Position numbers and translations under genes: made by a program. From positions 6,974 through 70,973 of the forward strand of contig CAYPWF010000005.1 in assembly GCA_964414345.1 (NCBI GenBank): DNA of 64,000 nucleotides, written 5' to 3'. The number at the start of each line of letters is the position of its first letter. Within the stretch, counting starts at the first letter, position 1. This stretch comes from an uncultured Desulfarculaceae bacterium (GTDB taxonomy: Bacteria > Desulfobacterota > Desulfocorpusculales > Desulfocorpusculum). The notes beneath the pieces are model-generated. The model had not been told where the DNA came from, ran no database searches, and saw only the letters and a list, made by a program, of their open reading frames with translations. Shown piece by piece: positions 34,886-44,977 of the stretch.

Positions 34886-36955
34886 GTGGCGGATCTGCTT
34901 TTGGAGGTGGGCACAGAGGAGATTCCGGCCTCATATATTCATCCGGCCTTGGAATCCCTGGCCCAATCAGCCCAAACAAGCTTGAAGAACTTGAGGCTTT
35001 CTCACAAGAGAGTTCACACATGGGGAACCCCCAGGAGGCTTGCCCTCATGGTGGAGGAAGTCTCCGATTCACAGCCTGATTTGGATCAGGAGGTGCTAGG
35101 CCCCCCGGAAAGAGTGGCTTTGGACTCTCATGGTAAACCCACCAAGGCTGCTTTAGGCTTTGCCCGAAGCCAGGGAGTCTCAGTGGAGGAGTTGAAGGTT
35201 GTAGAAACCCCCAGGGGCAGGTATGTGGCTGTCAGGAAAAGACAAAGAGGCGGGCTAGCCAAAGATCTCCTGACCCAGGAACTCCCCCGCTGGATAACTC
35301 AGATTCCCTTTCCCAAGTCCATGCGATGGGGAGAGTCCTCCTTGCGCTTTGCCAGACCAATTCATTGGATACTAGCCCTTCTGGACCGGGAAGTTATCCC
35401 ATTTAGGCTGGAATCCTTACAAAGCGGCTGTACCACCCGTGGGCACAGGTTTATGAGCCCGGGGCAGGCAACAGTAAATCACCCTCGGGAATATCTGGAT
35501 GTTTGTCGAAGTCTCCATGTGATTGCGGATCCCAGGGAACGAGCCGAGATGATCCAACAGGAAGCCTCCCAGGCGGCTTCTTCTTTGGGAGGAAGGCTTC
35601 TGGAAGATCAGCAGCTGCTCAAAACCGTGGCCAACCTGGTGGAATATCCGGTGGTGGTGGCAGGAGCTTTCCAGGAGGAATTCCTGCAGCTTCCCCGAGA
35701 AGTCCTCATAACAGCAATGCGTGAGCACCAGAAGTTCTTTTCAGTTCAAGATGGTAGTGGGAACCTGCTTCCCTTTTTTTTGAATATTGCCAACCTGCGT
35801 CCTTCCTCCTTGGAGACGATCCGAAAGGGGAACGAAAGGGTCTTGAGGGCTAGGCTTTCGGATGCAAGATTCTTTTTCCAGGAAGACGCAAAGCGCTCTC
35901 TCCAAGAACGGATTGAGAAGCTCTCGGGGATCATTTTTCACGCAAAGCTCGGAACAGTGATGGAAAAGGTGGAAAGGATAAGGACCCTGGCAGTTGGGTT
36001 AGCTTTGGAACTGGAGCCCGGCTGTGTGCCTCAAGTGGAAAGGGCCGCCTTGCTCTGCAAGGCTGATCTTACCACCGAGATGGTGGGGGAGTTCCCGGCC
36101 CTACAGGGCATAATGGGCATGTACTACGCGCTTCTGCAGGGAGAGGCCAAGGAGGTTGCCGAGGCCATCAGAGAGCACTATCTTCCAGCCTTTGCAGGAG
36201 ACCGAATACCTTCGGGCCCCGTGGGAGCCATGGTGGCCCTGGCAGACAAGCTGGACACGGTGGTGGGCTGCTTTGCGGCAGGCGAGCCCCCCAGCGGGGC
36301 TGGAGATCCTTTAGGGGTCAGAAGGGCCGCCTTGGGGGTGCTGCGAATCCTTCTGGAGCGCAGCTATGCACTGGACCTAGGCTCTGTGGTGGATCGAGCC
36401 TTGGGACTGCTCAGAGCCCAGATGGGGAAAATAAGAGAGGGAACTTCAGAAGAGATCTTGGATTTTTTTAAAGTCAGGCTTGAGAACCTTTGGGTCTCCC
36501 AGGGGCACGACATGGCAGCCATACAGGCTGTGCTTGGAGCCGGGCTCAAAAATCTCCCTGCCACCCTCAAGCGGCTGGAGGCCCTTGAGGAATTCATGGG
36601 GGAGGACGGCTTCTCTGACCTGGCTCTCAGCTTCAAGAGGGTGCTAAACATAGTGGGTGACCACTCACCGGGTGAGGTGGACCCATCCTTGTTCCGCCAA
36701 GACGAAGAGAAGGATCTTCTGGAGCTGGTGAGCTGGCTGGAGACGCGAATTCCCCAACAGACAACCGAGGCTAAGCACTTGGAAGCGCTCCACGAGCTGG
36801 CAGCTCAAAGAAGGAGGCTGGATCTGTTCTTCGATGCCGTCTTGGTAAATGACCCGGACCCGGCCGTGAGGGCGAACCGCTTGAGCATGCTGGCGCGGCT
36901 GGCGCGAGTCTTTCTCAAGCTTGCGGACTTCTCCAAATTGAGCGGGAAGGCCTGA
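34886..36955 (+). CDS. glyS: Glycine--tRNA ligase beta subunit
   Basis: Start assigned to the GTG at 34886, which sits 7 nt after an AAGGAG RBS, giving MADLLLEVGTEEIPASYIHPAL (canonical GlyS N-terminus). The ORF-track N-terminal extension is rejected. Confidence 0.8.
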   Translation: MADLLLEVGTEEIPASYIHPALESLAQSAQTSLKNLRLSHKRVHTWGTPRRLALMVEEVSDSQPDLDQEVLGPPERVALDSHGKPTKAALGFARSQGVSVEELKVVETPRGRYVAVRKRQRGGLAKDLLTQELPRWITQIPFPKSMRWGESSLRFARPIHWILALLDREVIPFRLESLQSGCTTRGHRFMSPGQATVNHPREYLDVCRSLHVIADPRERAEMIQQEASQAASSLGGRLLEDQQLLKTVANLVEYPVVVAGAFQEEFLQLPREVLITAMREHQKFFSVQDGSGNLLPFFLNIANLRPSSLETIRKGNERVLRARLSDARFFFQEDAKRSLQERIEKLSGIIFHAKLGTVMEKVERIRTLAVGLALELEPGCVPQVERAALLCKADLTTEMVGEFPALQGIMGMYYALLQGEAKEVAEAIREHYLPAFAGDRIPSGPVGAMVALADKLDTVVGCFAAGEPPSGAGDPLGVRRAALGVLRILLERSYALDLGSVVDRALGLLRAQMGKIREGTSEEILDFFKVRLENLWVSQGHDMAAIQAVLGAGLKNLPATLKRLEALEEFMGEDGFSDLALSFKRVLNIVGDHSPGEVDPSLFRQDEEKDLLELVSWLETRIPQQTTEAKHLEALHELAAQRRRLDLFFDAVLVNDPDPAVRANRLSMLARLARVFLKLADFSKLSGKA

Positions 36956-37060
36956 GGGGATTGGGGATGCCGCAATAGGAGGCGGATCCACACCGGCTGT
37001 GCGGTCCCACAGAGCCAGCCCTCAGGGGAGGATCCGGCCTGGGTCAAGCCCCAGGGATGC

Positions 37061-37678
37061 TCATGTGGGGGAGTCTTTTATGGCCTTGCTCTGCAAGCGC
37101 ATCTGCTTGATCAAGTAATCGAAGGACTGGGATAATATCACCTGCCTGAACTTGGTCTGGTAGTTCCTTACAATGCTCACCCCGTCTATGATCACGTCCA
37201 CCATGAACCACCCGTTATCCTTCCTCAACAGGGTGTAGTCCACAGGGATGTGCTCGTTGGTGCGAAGGATCTTGGTACGCACCCTCATCCTACCATTTTC
37301 CAGAGCCTCACCCAGATAGTCCACGGTCTCCCTTCTCAGGAAGTTGAGGACCATGCGCGTGTAGGAGTCCTGGAAGAGGTCCGCAAAAAGCTCGCGGAAC
37401 TCCTCTTTCTGCTCTGATTTCAGGCTTTCCCACCGATCCCCCAGGGACTCCTGGGCCATCTCCCTGCTCAGGAAGTTCTCCGAGATGAGCTGGCGGATCA
37501 GCTTGGCCCTCTGTGGCCTGCCGGCCTCCCCCTGCAAATCGGGCCTGCTTTGAATATCCATGGCCTGCTCCAGCACAGAGCGAACCCTCTCGGTAGGGAC
37601 TTCCTGTGGACCTCCCCAGGCCCTACCCAAGAGAAACATCACAAGGAAAACCAAGGCTACAACCCGGCCCTCTCCCAT
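37061..37678 (-). CDS. MlaC/Ttg2D-family periplasmic lipid-binding protein (HpnM-like)
   Basis: Start at MGEGRVVALVFLVMFLLG (signal peptide); 205 aa with toluene-tolerance Ttg2D-like features; stop is 6 nt upstream of the MMPL gene. Confidence 0.55.
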   Translation of the reverse strand: MGEGRVVALVFLVMFLLGRAWGGPQEVPTERVRSVLEQAMDIQSRPDLQGEAGRPQRAKLIRQLISENFLSREMAQESLGDRWESLKSEQKEEFRELFADLFQDSYTRMVLNFLRRETVDYLGEALENGRMRVRTKILRTNEHIPVDYTLLRKDNGWFMVDVIIDGVSIVRNYQTKFRQVILSQSFDYLIKQMRLQSKAIKDSPT

Positions 37679-37683
37679 CTCCT

Positions 37684-40398
37684 TTAATCCTCCCCATGTG
37701 TAATTGGCGGCCGCCTCATGAAGGCCATCACTGCGGGGGGTGTGACCACCGCAGCCAGGAGCACCAGCATGCTCCCCACGAAGGACAGCACCCCGAGGCT
37801 GAAGATCCCCTGGTGACGGCAGATCATGAGGGTACCGAAACCTAGATTTGTGGTCAAGGAGGCGCAGATCACCCCCTTGCCCGTGCTCATGGGTAAATGG
37901 CCCGGGGCCATGCGACCCTCTTTCCAGCGGTGCACTATTATGATGCCGTATTCCACCCCGGCCCCCACGATAAGGGGCAAGAACACGCTGTTGGCAAGAT
38001 TGAACTGGACCCCCAGAGGACCCATTAGCCCCACTGTCCAGAGGGTCCCTGCCAAAAGCGGTAGAAAGGCCACGATGAAAATGGGCCGCCCCCTGAACTC
38101 CAGAATCAGAAGCAGGCATATTCCCAAAAGTGCGTATATGGAAGCCTCAACACAAGCCCTCTGATAAGCCTTGCTGTACACGTGCAAGGTGACCGCATCA
38201 CCCACTGCCTCTGGATCCACGGATCGGATATCGGCCACAAACCTCTCCCTTGGCCCTGGCTCCCATATGCTCTCCAGGGGAAATATCCTGATCAAGTAGT
38301 GGCCCCGTCCTGCAAACCTGTCCCAGAGCACACTTGGGATATCCTCCAGTTCCATGGGCCTGAGGCCCTTTCCTGACTCGAGCATCCGAAAAGCATCCAC
38401 CAGGTCCTCCTGGAATCTGCCCTGATATGCCGCAAGGGGGCGCCAGGAGTCCCCAGAGGACTTGAGCCGCTCCAGGATCTCGCCGCTTAGAAAACGCACA
38501 GCCCCGATCTGCTCCACAACCGGTCTCCTGGCGCCCCAACTCTCGGCCTGGGAGTCGTCCATCTTGAAACGGATCCGCTCCAGTAGATCCACAAGGGCCG
38601 AGACTTCAGGGGGCTTCCCATCCATTGCCTGGGAGTTCAACGGGGGGACGCTTCCCGAGATGCTCCTGACCACCGGGATCTTCTCCGGCTGGTTCTCTGG
38701 GAGCAGGCTCAGCACGCTTTGCACTTTCCATACAGTGGGGAGGGCCTCCAGGCGGCTTGTCTTTTCCCGTAACTCCTCCAAAGAGGCCGCAGTGGATGTG
38801 GCAAAGAGCACCGATCGTTTGCTGTTCTCACGAAGTCTCTCCTCCCAGACCACGGACTCGGTGCCCTTGGCTTGCAGCCTCAAGGGATTGAGATCAAAGC
38901 CCACCTGACTGGCCCCTAGAAGACTCATGGCAGACACAGCACACACACCCACCAGGACCCAACCGGCCTTTCTCCGATTGAGGGCTATGAGATCCCTTCC
39001 CCCTTGAACTTCCTGGGTCTTGATCCTGGGGATCTTTCCGTAAAGGCTGAGCACCGGGAGCACCGCAAAGTCCACCAATACTTGGAGCAGGATCCCCATC
39101 CCGGAGATGAGCCCCAGCTCCACCAGTCCCTTGAAACCTGTGAGCACCAGGGGAAGAAATGAGAGGGCACCGCTCATGCCCGCTGTTAGGATGGCCGGCC
39201 CAGAGCGCTCTGTCACCCTCAGGATGGCCTCCTTCCTGGATACGCCCGCCACCCGCTCCTCCTCCTCCTCCATCCTGGCGAACCAGTGTACGGCATAGTC
39301 ATCCCCCAGGCCCACCAGCATGGGGGCGAAGACCATGGAGATAATGTTCAAATGCCCCACAAAGAGAGTAAGGCAGCCAAAGGTCCAGCACATGCCCATG
39401 GACAAGACCGCCATGCGCATGAAGGTGCGGCCGTGGCTGCGGAAGAAGAGCACATTCAGGATCCACACCCCCGCAAGGGAGATCCAGGTGGCCCAGGACA
39501 TGTCCTTGAGGGCAACGCTCATCTCGTCTGTCTTGAGAGCCTCCTGGCCAGTGACGCCCACCTCTACATCCGGGAATCCAGTCTTCACCTCCTCCACAAG
39601 AGCTCGAAGATACTCCAGAGAGACCCTGGCCTTGTTGAAGGTCTCCTTCTCCCTTCTGGGGGTCACGAAGAAAAGCAGGAAGCGCTTATCAGCCACCCAG
39701 AAGTAGCCCTCCAGTTCTTTGTCCCAGGAATCCTCCTTGAAGAATGACGACCAGGGGGATAGATACTCGTTTCCCCCTTGCAGGTAACTCAAGATGCCCC
39801 TCAAGGTATGGATCAGGAACCCTAGGTCCATGGGCTCCTGTTTCCCGCCTCCCTCTGTCTCGGGGGTCTTGAGAAAGTCAGTGAAGAGGGCCTGTACCAT
39901 TCTGGAGGCCATCTCGGAGTTGACCACCTCCAGAAAATTCGTCAGATCAGGCTTCTGCGCCAAGCCCTGGATAAGGACAGGGTATTGGGCCATGCGATCC
40001 TTTATGCGATCCAGATCCTTCTCCCCCAGATACAACAGAGCCCAGGGTCTGAGCAGTTCCGGATCAACCCTGAAAAACGCATCCTTGAAGTGGGAGGGAT
40101 CCTTCTCTATGCGTTCAGCCAGGGCCTGGAGGAACTGTACGGCCCTCCTGGGGGTAGGGGCCTGGATGACTCCGGTGAATGTGTCCTTGTTCTGGAAGGG
40201 CTTGACCTGCTCGGTGAGGCGGATCAAGGGGTCGTTGGGGGAGATGAGATCCAGCTGCCCGGTCTGAAAATCCAGCTCGCTCACTGTGTACAGGACACTG
40301 ACCACGCACAAGGCCAGGGCGGTCCCCAAAACGAGATATGGCCTGGGCAGTGCCCAGGCCACCCATGCGACCAGAAAACGAGCTCTAAGTCCATTCAA
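37684..40398 (-). CDS. MMPL/RND-superfamily exporter (HpnN-like) with two 6-TM bundles and large periplasmic loops
   Basis: 904 aa with two hydrophobic blocks (for example FMRMAVLSMGMCWTFGCLTLFVGHLNIISMVFAPMLVGLGDDYAVHWF; C-terminal LGICLLLILEF...LIVGAGVEYGIIIV). Confidence 0.65.
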   Translation of the reverse strand: MNGLRARFLVAWVAWALPRPYLVLGTALALCVVSVLYTVSELDFQTGQLDLISPNDPLIRLTEQVKPFQNKDTFTGVIQAPTPRRAVQFLQALAERIEKDPSHFKDAFFRVDPELLRPWALLYLGEKDLDRIKDRMAQYPVLIQGLAQKPDLTNFLEVVNSEMASRMVQALFTDFLKTPETEGGGKQEPMDLGFLIHTLRGILSYLQGGNEYLSPWSSFFKEDSWDKELEGYFWVADKRFLLFFVTPRREKETFNKARVSLEYLRALVEEVKTGFPDVEVGVTGQEALKTDEMSVALKDMSWATWISLAGVWILNVLFFRSHGRTFMRMAVLSMGMCWTFGCLTLFVGHLNIISMVFAPMLVGLGDDYAVHWFARMEEEEERVAGVSRKEAILRVTERSGPAILTAGMSGALSFLPLVLTGFKGLVELGLISGMGILLQVLVDFAVLPVLSLYGKIPRIKTQEVQGGRDLIALNRRKAGWVLVGVCAVSAMSLLGASQVGFDLNPLRLQAKGTESVVWEERLRENSKRSVLFATSTAASLEELREKTSRLEALPTVWKVQSVLSLLPENQPEKIPVVRSISGSVPPLNSQAMDGKPPEVSALVDLLERIRFKMDDSQAESWGARRPVVEQIGAVRFLSGEILERLKSSGDSWRPLAAYQGRFQEDLVDAFRMLESGKGLRPMELEDIPSVLWDRFAGRGHYLIRIFPLESIWEPGPRERFVADIRSVDPEAVGDAVTLHVYSKAYQRACVEASIYALLGICLLLILEFRGRPIFIVAFLPLLAGTLWTVGLMGPLGVQFNLANSVFLPLIVGAGVEYGIIIVHRWKEGRMAPGHLPMSTGKGVICASLTTNLGFGTLMICRHQGIFSLGVLSFVGSMLVLLAAVVTPPAVMAFMRRPPITHGED

Positions 40399-40449
40399 AA
40401 CACAGATCCCGGTTCTTCGTTCGCTTTTTCCAGGAGCTCCACTCCCAGG

Positions 40450-41871
40450 CTAGCGGACCCCTCCCCTATACTCGGCCACCGCGTTGCTCAGCCTTGCCAA
40501 GGCCAAGTGGTAGTTCAGCAGGGAAAGCAGAAAATCCCCCTGGTTTTTCCCGTAGCGCTCAACCGCGAAGAAGATATCCCGGGCCTGGCCCACCCCCATG
40601 TCGAAATTGGCGAAGGCCACCACCACCCACTTGCGGGAGGCAGAAGCGGCCTGCTCGGAGGCCTGGAAAGCGTGGAGGTGTTCCAGCGCATCTTGGTAAT
40701 GCTTGGCCACCTCCAGGGGGATGTTTCTCATGGCGTATTCCCGGGTGTGGAGCAGCTTCTCGTACTCGGCCCTCGCCTTGCTCACCTTGGCCTGCTGGAT
40801 CCCGAGGTCGAAGTGCCACTTGGCCCCCAAGACCACTCCGCCGTTGGCATGATTGAAATCGTCCCCAATGTATGAGACATCCATGTGCTCCCGATTGGGT
40901 GCTCCGGCCAGGGAGGCCACTCCGGCAAGGAAAATGGAGGGGTACATGTCTGCCTTGGCGGCCTCAACCAGGCTCTTTCGGGCTTCCAGGCCATTGTCTA
41001 TCTGTTCCAGCTCCGGCCTCTGCCTGAGGGCTTGCTGGATGTAATCCCTCTGATCTCCCAGGGCCCTTGTGTCCTTGGGAAGCTCCTTCACGTCCAGGTC
41101 GAAGTCCTTCTCGGCCGGGAATCCTATGGCCTGTTTTAAGGCCAAATAGGCCAACTTGGAGCCTGAATCGGCCTTGGCCTTAAATCGCTTGGCCTCAGCG
41201 GCATAGGCCTCCAGGCGGTAAAGGTCGCTCTCATCCACGGATGTGGATCCCAGAGATATGAGTTTCTGGATCCGCTTCCTGGCATCATCCACAAAGGACT
41301 CAACGTCGGCGGCAGCCTCCTTGCCCTGCTGTGCCAGAAGCATCGCAAAGTAAAGCTCCTTCACCCTCAGGATTACATCACCCCTGTTTTTCTCCATTGC
41401 GGCCTTCTGCACGTTGACTCCCCGCAAGGCAGCATCGATCCTGTGGGAGATCTTCCCGAAGGTGTAAAGGGGCTGCACCACTGTGATCTCCAATTTGCCG
41501 AATGGGCCAGGGTCCCCAGGGTCCCAATCAGGATTCTCGATCCTACCCCTCAGGTACCTGTCCCCCGGACCTGGTCTGGGAGAAACCACCACTATGGGCC
41601 TGTCCGCTGCATCCACCACACCCCCGATGGCCAGGGCATCCAGCTGAGGCCAACGGGCCGCCTTGGCCTGTTCAAGATCGCTTTCAGCCATGACCAGGTC
41701 TTGTTGCGCTTGGCCCAGTTCAGGGCTCTTCTCCAAGGCCATCTGGATGAGCTGATCCAAGTTGAGGGTGACCCTTTCCTGGGAACCGGCTCTGTCCAAC
41801 GGTATAAGAAGGAGACCAAAGGCAGCCAGGAGTGTCAAAATACCTTGGAGCCATCCATTTTCTCTCGTCAT
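40450..41871 (-). CDS. TolC-family outer-membrane efflux protein
   Basis: Start at MTRENGWLQ; signal peptide; ~470 aa with two repeat halves rich in coiled-coil character; upstream of the MMPL gene. Confidence 0.6.
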   Translation of the reverse strand: MTRENGWLQGILTLLAAFGLLLIPLDRAGSQERVTLNLDQLIQMALEKSPELGQAQQDLVMAESDLEQAKAARWPQLDALAIGGVVDAADRPIVVVSPRPGPGDRYLRGRIENPDWDPGDPGPFGKLEITVVQPLYTFGKISHRIDAALRGVNVQKAAMEKNRGDVILRVKELYFAMLLAQQGKEAAADVESFVDDARKRIQKLISLGSTSVDESDLYRLEAYAAEAKRFKAKADSGSKLAYLALKQAIGFPAEKDFDLDVKELPKDTRALGDQRDYIQQALRQRPELEQIDNGLEARKSLVEAAKADMYPSIFLAGVASLAGAPNREHMDVSYIGDDFNHANGGVVLGAKWHFDLGIQQAKVSKARAEYEKLLHTREYAMRNIPLEVAKHYQDALEHLHAFQASEQAASASRKWVVVAFANFDMGVGQARDIFFAVERYGKNQGDFLLSLLNYHLALARLSNAVAEYRGGVR

Positions 41872-42004
41872 CCCCTCACCTCCCTCACGAGGATAGAACC
41901 CATAAGTTCCAGCAAGCATAGCGTACTTGTAACAGTATGCAAAGACGGAAATCCTTCTCCCAAAGAATTGGAAGGCAAAACCTCGGCCTTTCAGCCCGCA
42001 TCAC

Positions 42005-42046
42005 TGACGATGATTGAATAATCGGGTTAGATCCCAGCATGCCCGC
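42005..42046 (-). repeat. Partial copy (terminal motif only) of the intergenic repeat family
   Basis: The reverse complement, TCTAACCCGATTATTCAATCATCG, matches the TAACCCGCATTATTCACGATGAGTG end of copy B. Confidence 0.4.
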
Positions 42047-43021
42047 TCAAGAGCTCTTTTGCCCTCTTAGGAGCAGGAAATAACAACCCAATCCCACCAA
42101 GGCCCAGAACCCTTTTGTGCCCCTGAGCACAAGCCCCAACGCCAGTCCTGAGACTCCGCTCATGCCCAGCAGGTCGAATATTAGAGCCCTGGAACCCTCC
42201 TGAACCCCCAGGCCGGCCGGAACCAGGAAACCCACCAGATCCATCCACGCCCCAAGGAACCAAATCACCGCCCCGGTCCCCAAAACCCCCTCTTGAGAGG
42301 CCGAAGCCAGGAATATCCAAACCTGAAGGATCCCGCAGGAAAAACCGGCCACATGCCAAAGCATGGCTTTGAGAAGATCCCCGGGCCTCTCCCGGTGAAA
42401 GCTCTCCAGGTGCCCATCCACCACGCTAAGCCATCGGGCTGCCTTCCTAACCGGAGTTCCTCCCAGGCCCCTTCTTTCCAGAACCCTGGCCACCCCTCCC
42501 AGCTTTCCCCTTTTCTGGAGCCAGAAGAAGACACCTATACCAAGAAAAAACATTGCTGTGCTGAGAGCCCACGCCAGCATCACGGCCGGAGGGATGGGAA
42601 CACTCCAAAGGGCTAAAACTGAGCCTGTGGAGACAAAAAGAAGCTGGGACAGAACCAAGGCCAGCTTACCCACTATGACGCTGGCAGCTGCACTAACGCC
42701 ATCTCCCAGACTCCCCAATAGCATTCCTTTTATCACCTCTCCCCCCATGTGGGCGGTGGGGGTCAGGTAATTGAAAGCCATCCCAGCCTGCCTTACCATG
42801 CCCACGTGTATCCAGCTCAAACCCTTGTGCCCACGGGCCAGGCACTTGCTCCAAGCAGTTGTGTGCAGGGCCTCGCCGATCCCTTCCAAAAGAATGAGGG
42901 GCCCCCAAAGCCATCCCAAGAGCCTCAGCTGTTCCAAGACCGCCCCTGGCCCCAGCCTAAAAATCAAGGCCAGAAGCAGCGCAGCCCCTGCCCCCAACAT
43001 CAACCTGTTCAGCCATCTCAT
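42047..43021 (-). CDS. Flippase-like domain membrane protein (UPF0104, lysyl-PG-synthase TM-region family)
   Basis: 324 aa, polytopic; MRWLNRLMLGAGAALLLALIFRLGPGAVLEQL is a typical start for this family. Confidence 0.55.
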   Translation of the reverse strand: MRWLNRLMLGAGAALLLALIFRLGPGAVLEQLRLLGWLWGPLILLEGIGEALHTTAWSKCLARGHKGLSWIHVGMVRQAGMAFNYLTPTAHMGGEVIKGMLLGSLGDGVSAAASVIVGKLALVLSQLLFVSTGSVLALWSVPIPPAVMLAWALSTAMFFLGIGVFFWLQKRGKLGGVARVLERRGLGGTPVRKAARWLSVVDGHLESFHRERPGDLLKAMLWHVAGFSCGILQVWIFLASASQEGVLGTGAVIWFLGAWMDLVGFLVPAGLGVQEGSRALIFDLLGMSGVSGLALGLVLRGTKGFWALVGLGCYFLLLRGQKSS

Positions 43022-43125
43022 GGGAAGAGCCCCTCAGAAAAGCTGCAAGGCATTTTAGGCAGGCCGGCCTGACCCTGTAAAGAAGCCCCTCCCTGTGTCA
43101 AATCCCTCAAGGCCTTAGCCTTGAG

Positions 43126-44241
43126 ATGGCAACTTGCCAGGGCGTCTATCGGATAGTAGACTTCAGGGGTTGCAGGCCACTGAGCCAGGATCGGGCCGCA
43201 ATAAAAACTCAAGCACAAAAGTACGGGAGGCTTATCTTAGTGGGAGACCTGATAGAAGATCTCTTGAACCCTGAGGCCCTTCCTCACCCCACAGCCAATG
43301 TGCAGCTTGTACAGACCCACATTTCCCTTGTGTTTGTGGGTGATGAATTCGTATACAAGATAAAAAAACCTGTGGATTTCGGCTTTCTTAATTTCACCAC
43401 CCCGGAGCTTCGACTCCACTTTTGTCAGGAGGAGGTAAGGCTTAACCGACGGCTCTCTCCTGACATGTACCTGGGTGTGCTGAGCGTTGTTTTTGATGGA
43501 AAGAGCCACACTCTGAGGGAGACTCCAGGGGGCAAGGTGGTGGATTATGCCGTTTGGATGAAAAGAATCCCACAGGACAGGCTCATGAAGTCCTTGCTGG
43601 CCAGGGGGGAGCTTGGGGAAGCACATCTTAGGGAGCTGGCCTTCTTGCTGGCCCGTTTTGCTGCAGAAGCGGAGACTTCTCCAGAAATAGCCAAATTCGG
43701 CGAACCGGACCGATTCAGGGTTAACACTGAGGAGAATTTCGCACAGACAGAACCTTACATAGGCCGCACCATAGAGCCAGGAGAACATCTGGCCCTCAAG
43801 AGATGGACCCATGAGTTCTATGAGCAGAGAGAGGGACTCTTCATGGAGCGTATCCGCCAGGGACGCATAAGGGACTGCCATGGAGACCTCCACATGGAGC
43901 ACATTTGCTTTGCCGAGCAGCTCTGCATTTTCGACTGCATAGAATTCAACGACAGGTTTCGTTATTCAGACACTCTATCAGACATAGCCTTCCTGCTCAT
44001 GGACTTGGAGTTCCACGGAGCCTGGGATATGGCTGCCCGGTTGTGGGATCTTTATGGGGAAATGGCAGGAGAAAGAAATGTGCAGGAGCTGCTGAAGTTC
44101 TACAAGGTATATCGGGCTTTTGTGAGGGGCAAGGTCAACGGCTTCAGGCTGGAGGATCCCCATATCCCAGAGCAACAGAAGGCTGAAGCAGCCCAGGAGG
44201 CCAGAAGATATTTCAAGCTGGCCATGTCCTACATAGGGTAG
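43126..44241 (+). CDS. Aminoglycoside/choline-kinase-like phosphotransferase (APH fold)
   Basis: Catalytic-loop-like DCHGDLHMEHICF (the HGDLHxxN motif of APH/ChoK) and a downstream DxIEF. Confidence 0.55.
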   Translation: MATCQGVYRIVDFRGCRPLSQDRAAIKTQAQKYGRLILVGDLIEDLLNPEALPHPTANVQLVQTHISLVFVGDEFVYKIKKPVDFGFLNFTTPELRLHFCQEEVRLNRRLSPDMYLGVLSVVFDGKSHTLRETPGGKVVDYAVWMKRIPQDRLMKSLLARGELGEAHLRELAFLLARFAAEAETSPEIAKFGEPDRFRVNTEENFAQTEPYIGRTIEPGEHLALKRWTHEFYEQREGLFMERIRQGRIRDCHGDLHMEHICFAEQLCIFDCIEFNDRFRYSDTLSDIAFLLMDLEFHGAWDMAARLWDLYGEMAGERNVQELLKFYKVYRAFVRGKVNGFRLEDPHIPEQQKAEAAQEARRYFKLAMSYIG

Positions 44242-44360
44242 TAACCGGCTGTGGGAAACGATGTTAAGGGCCTTTTTGACACATCCAAGCTGCTTCTAGT
44301 ATGCTGAGTGCTGAGGGTCGAATTCTATAAGGATTTTCTGAAAAGGCGGGAGGTCAACAG

Positions 44361-44963
44361 ATGCGTGAGCCTTTTGTTGAGTTTGTGAAAAGAGAACTGG
44401 GGCCCCGTACTCTTCTAATAGCCTGCGGCTTGCCGGCCTCCTGGAAGTCAGAAACCACGGAGGTCATAGAACAGCTAAAGGGCTACAAGAGACTTCGCAC
44501 GGACATGATCCGCCTAGAGGTACTCAAGGGTGAAGATGTATTTGACGAAAAAGTGGCCTCCAATATGGACAAAAGAAAGATGGTCTACGACACCATGTTT
44601 CGCATGGCTGAGGAGCTGGCCTCCAAAGGGGAAAGTGTGATATTGGATGCCACCTTTGTGACCCAGGCATTGCGCAAGAGGGCGGCCCAGGTGGCAGACC
44701 GGCACAACATGAGCTTTGTGATCCAGCAGACTCAGTGCCCCCAGGAAGTCTCCTTACGGAGAATCGCCAGGCGCACAAAAGAGAACTATGAATCGAACGC
44801 TATAACCGAGCAGGCCTACTTCAACAACGTGAAGAAATTCGAACCAGTGGATCTAGAGGACATCAAGGCAAGTTACCCGAATTTACGCGTAGTCCACCTG
44901 CTGGTGGACACTACTGAAGATCCGCCAGAGGCCTGGTACGTCATCGGAAAGACAGTTAGGTAA
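44361..44963 (+). CDS. P-loop kinase-like ATP-binding protein (AAA_33/zeta-toxin-like)
   Basis: 200 aa with a deviant P-loop ACGLPASWKSE; commonly paired or fused with APH-like phosphotransferases. Confidence 0.45.
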   Translation: MREPFVEFVKRELGPRTLLIACGLPASWKSETTEVIEQLKGYKRLRTDMIRLEVLKGEDVFDEKVASNMDKRKMVYDTMFRMAEELASKGESVILDATFVTQALRKRAAQVADRHNMSFVIQQTQCPQEVSLRRIARRTKENYESNAITEQAYFNNVKKFEPVDLEDIKASYPNLRVVHLLVDTTEDPPEAWYVIGKTVR

Positions 44964-44977
44964 GGGTTTTGCTGCTC

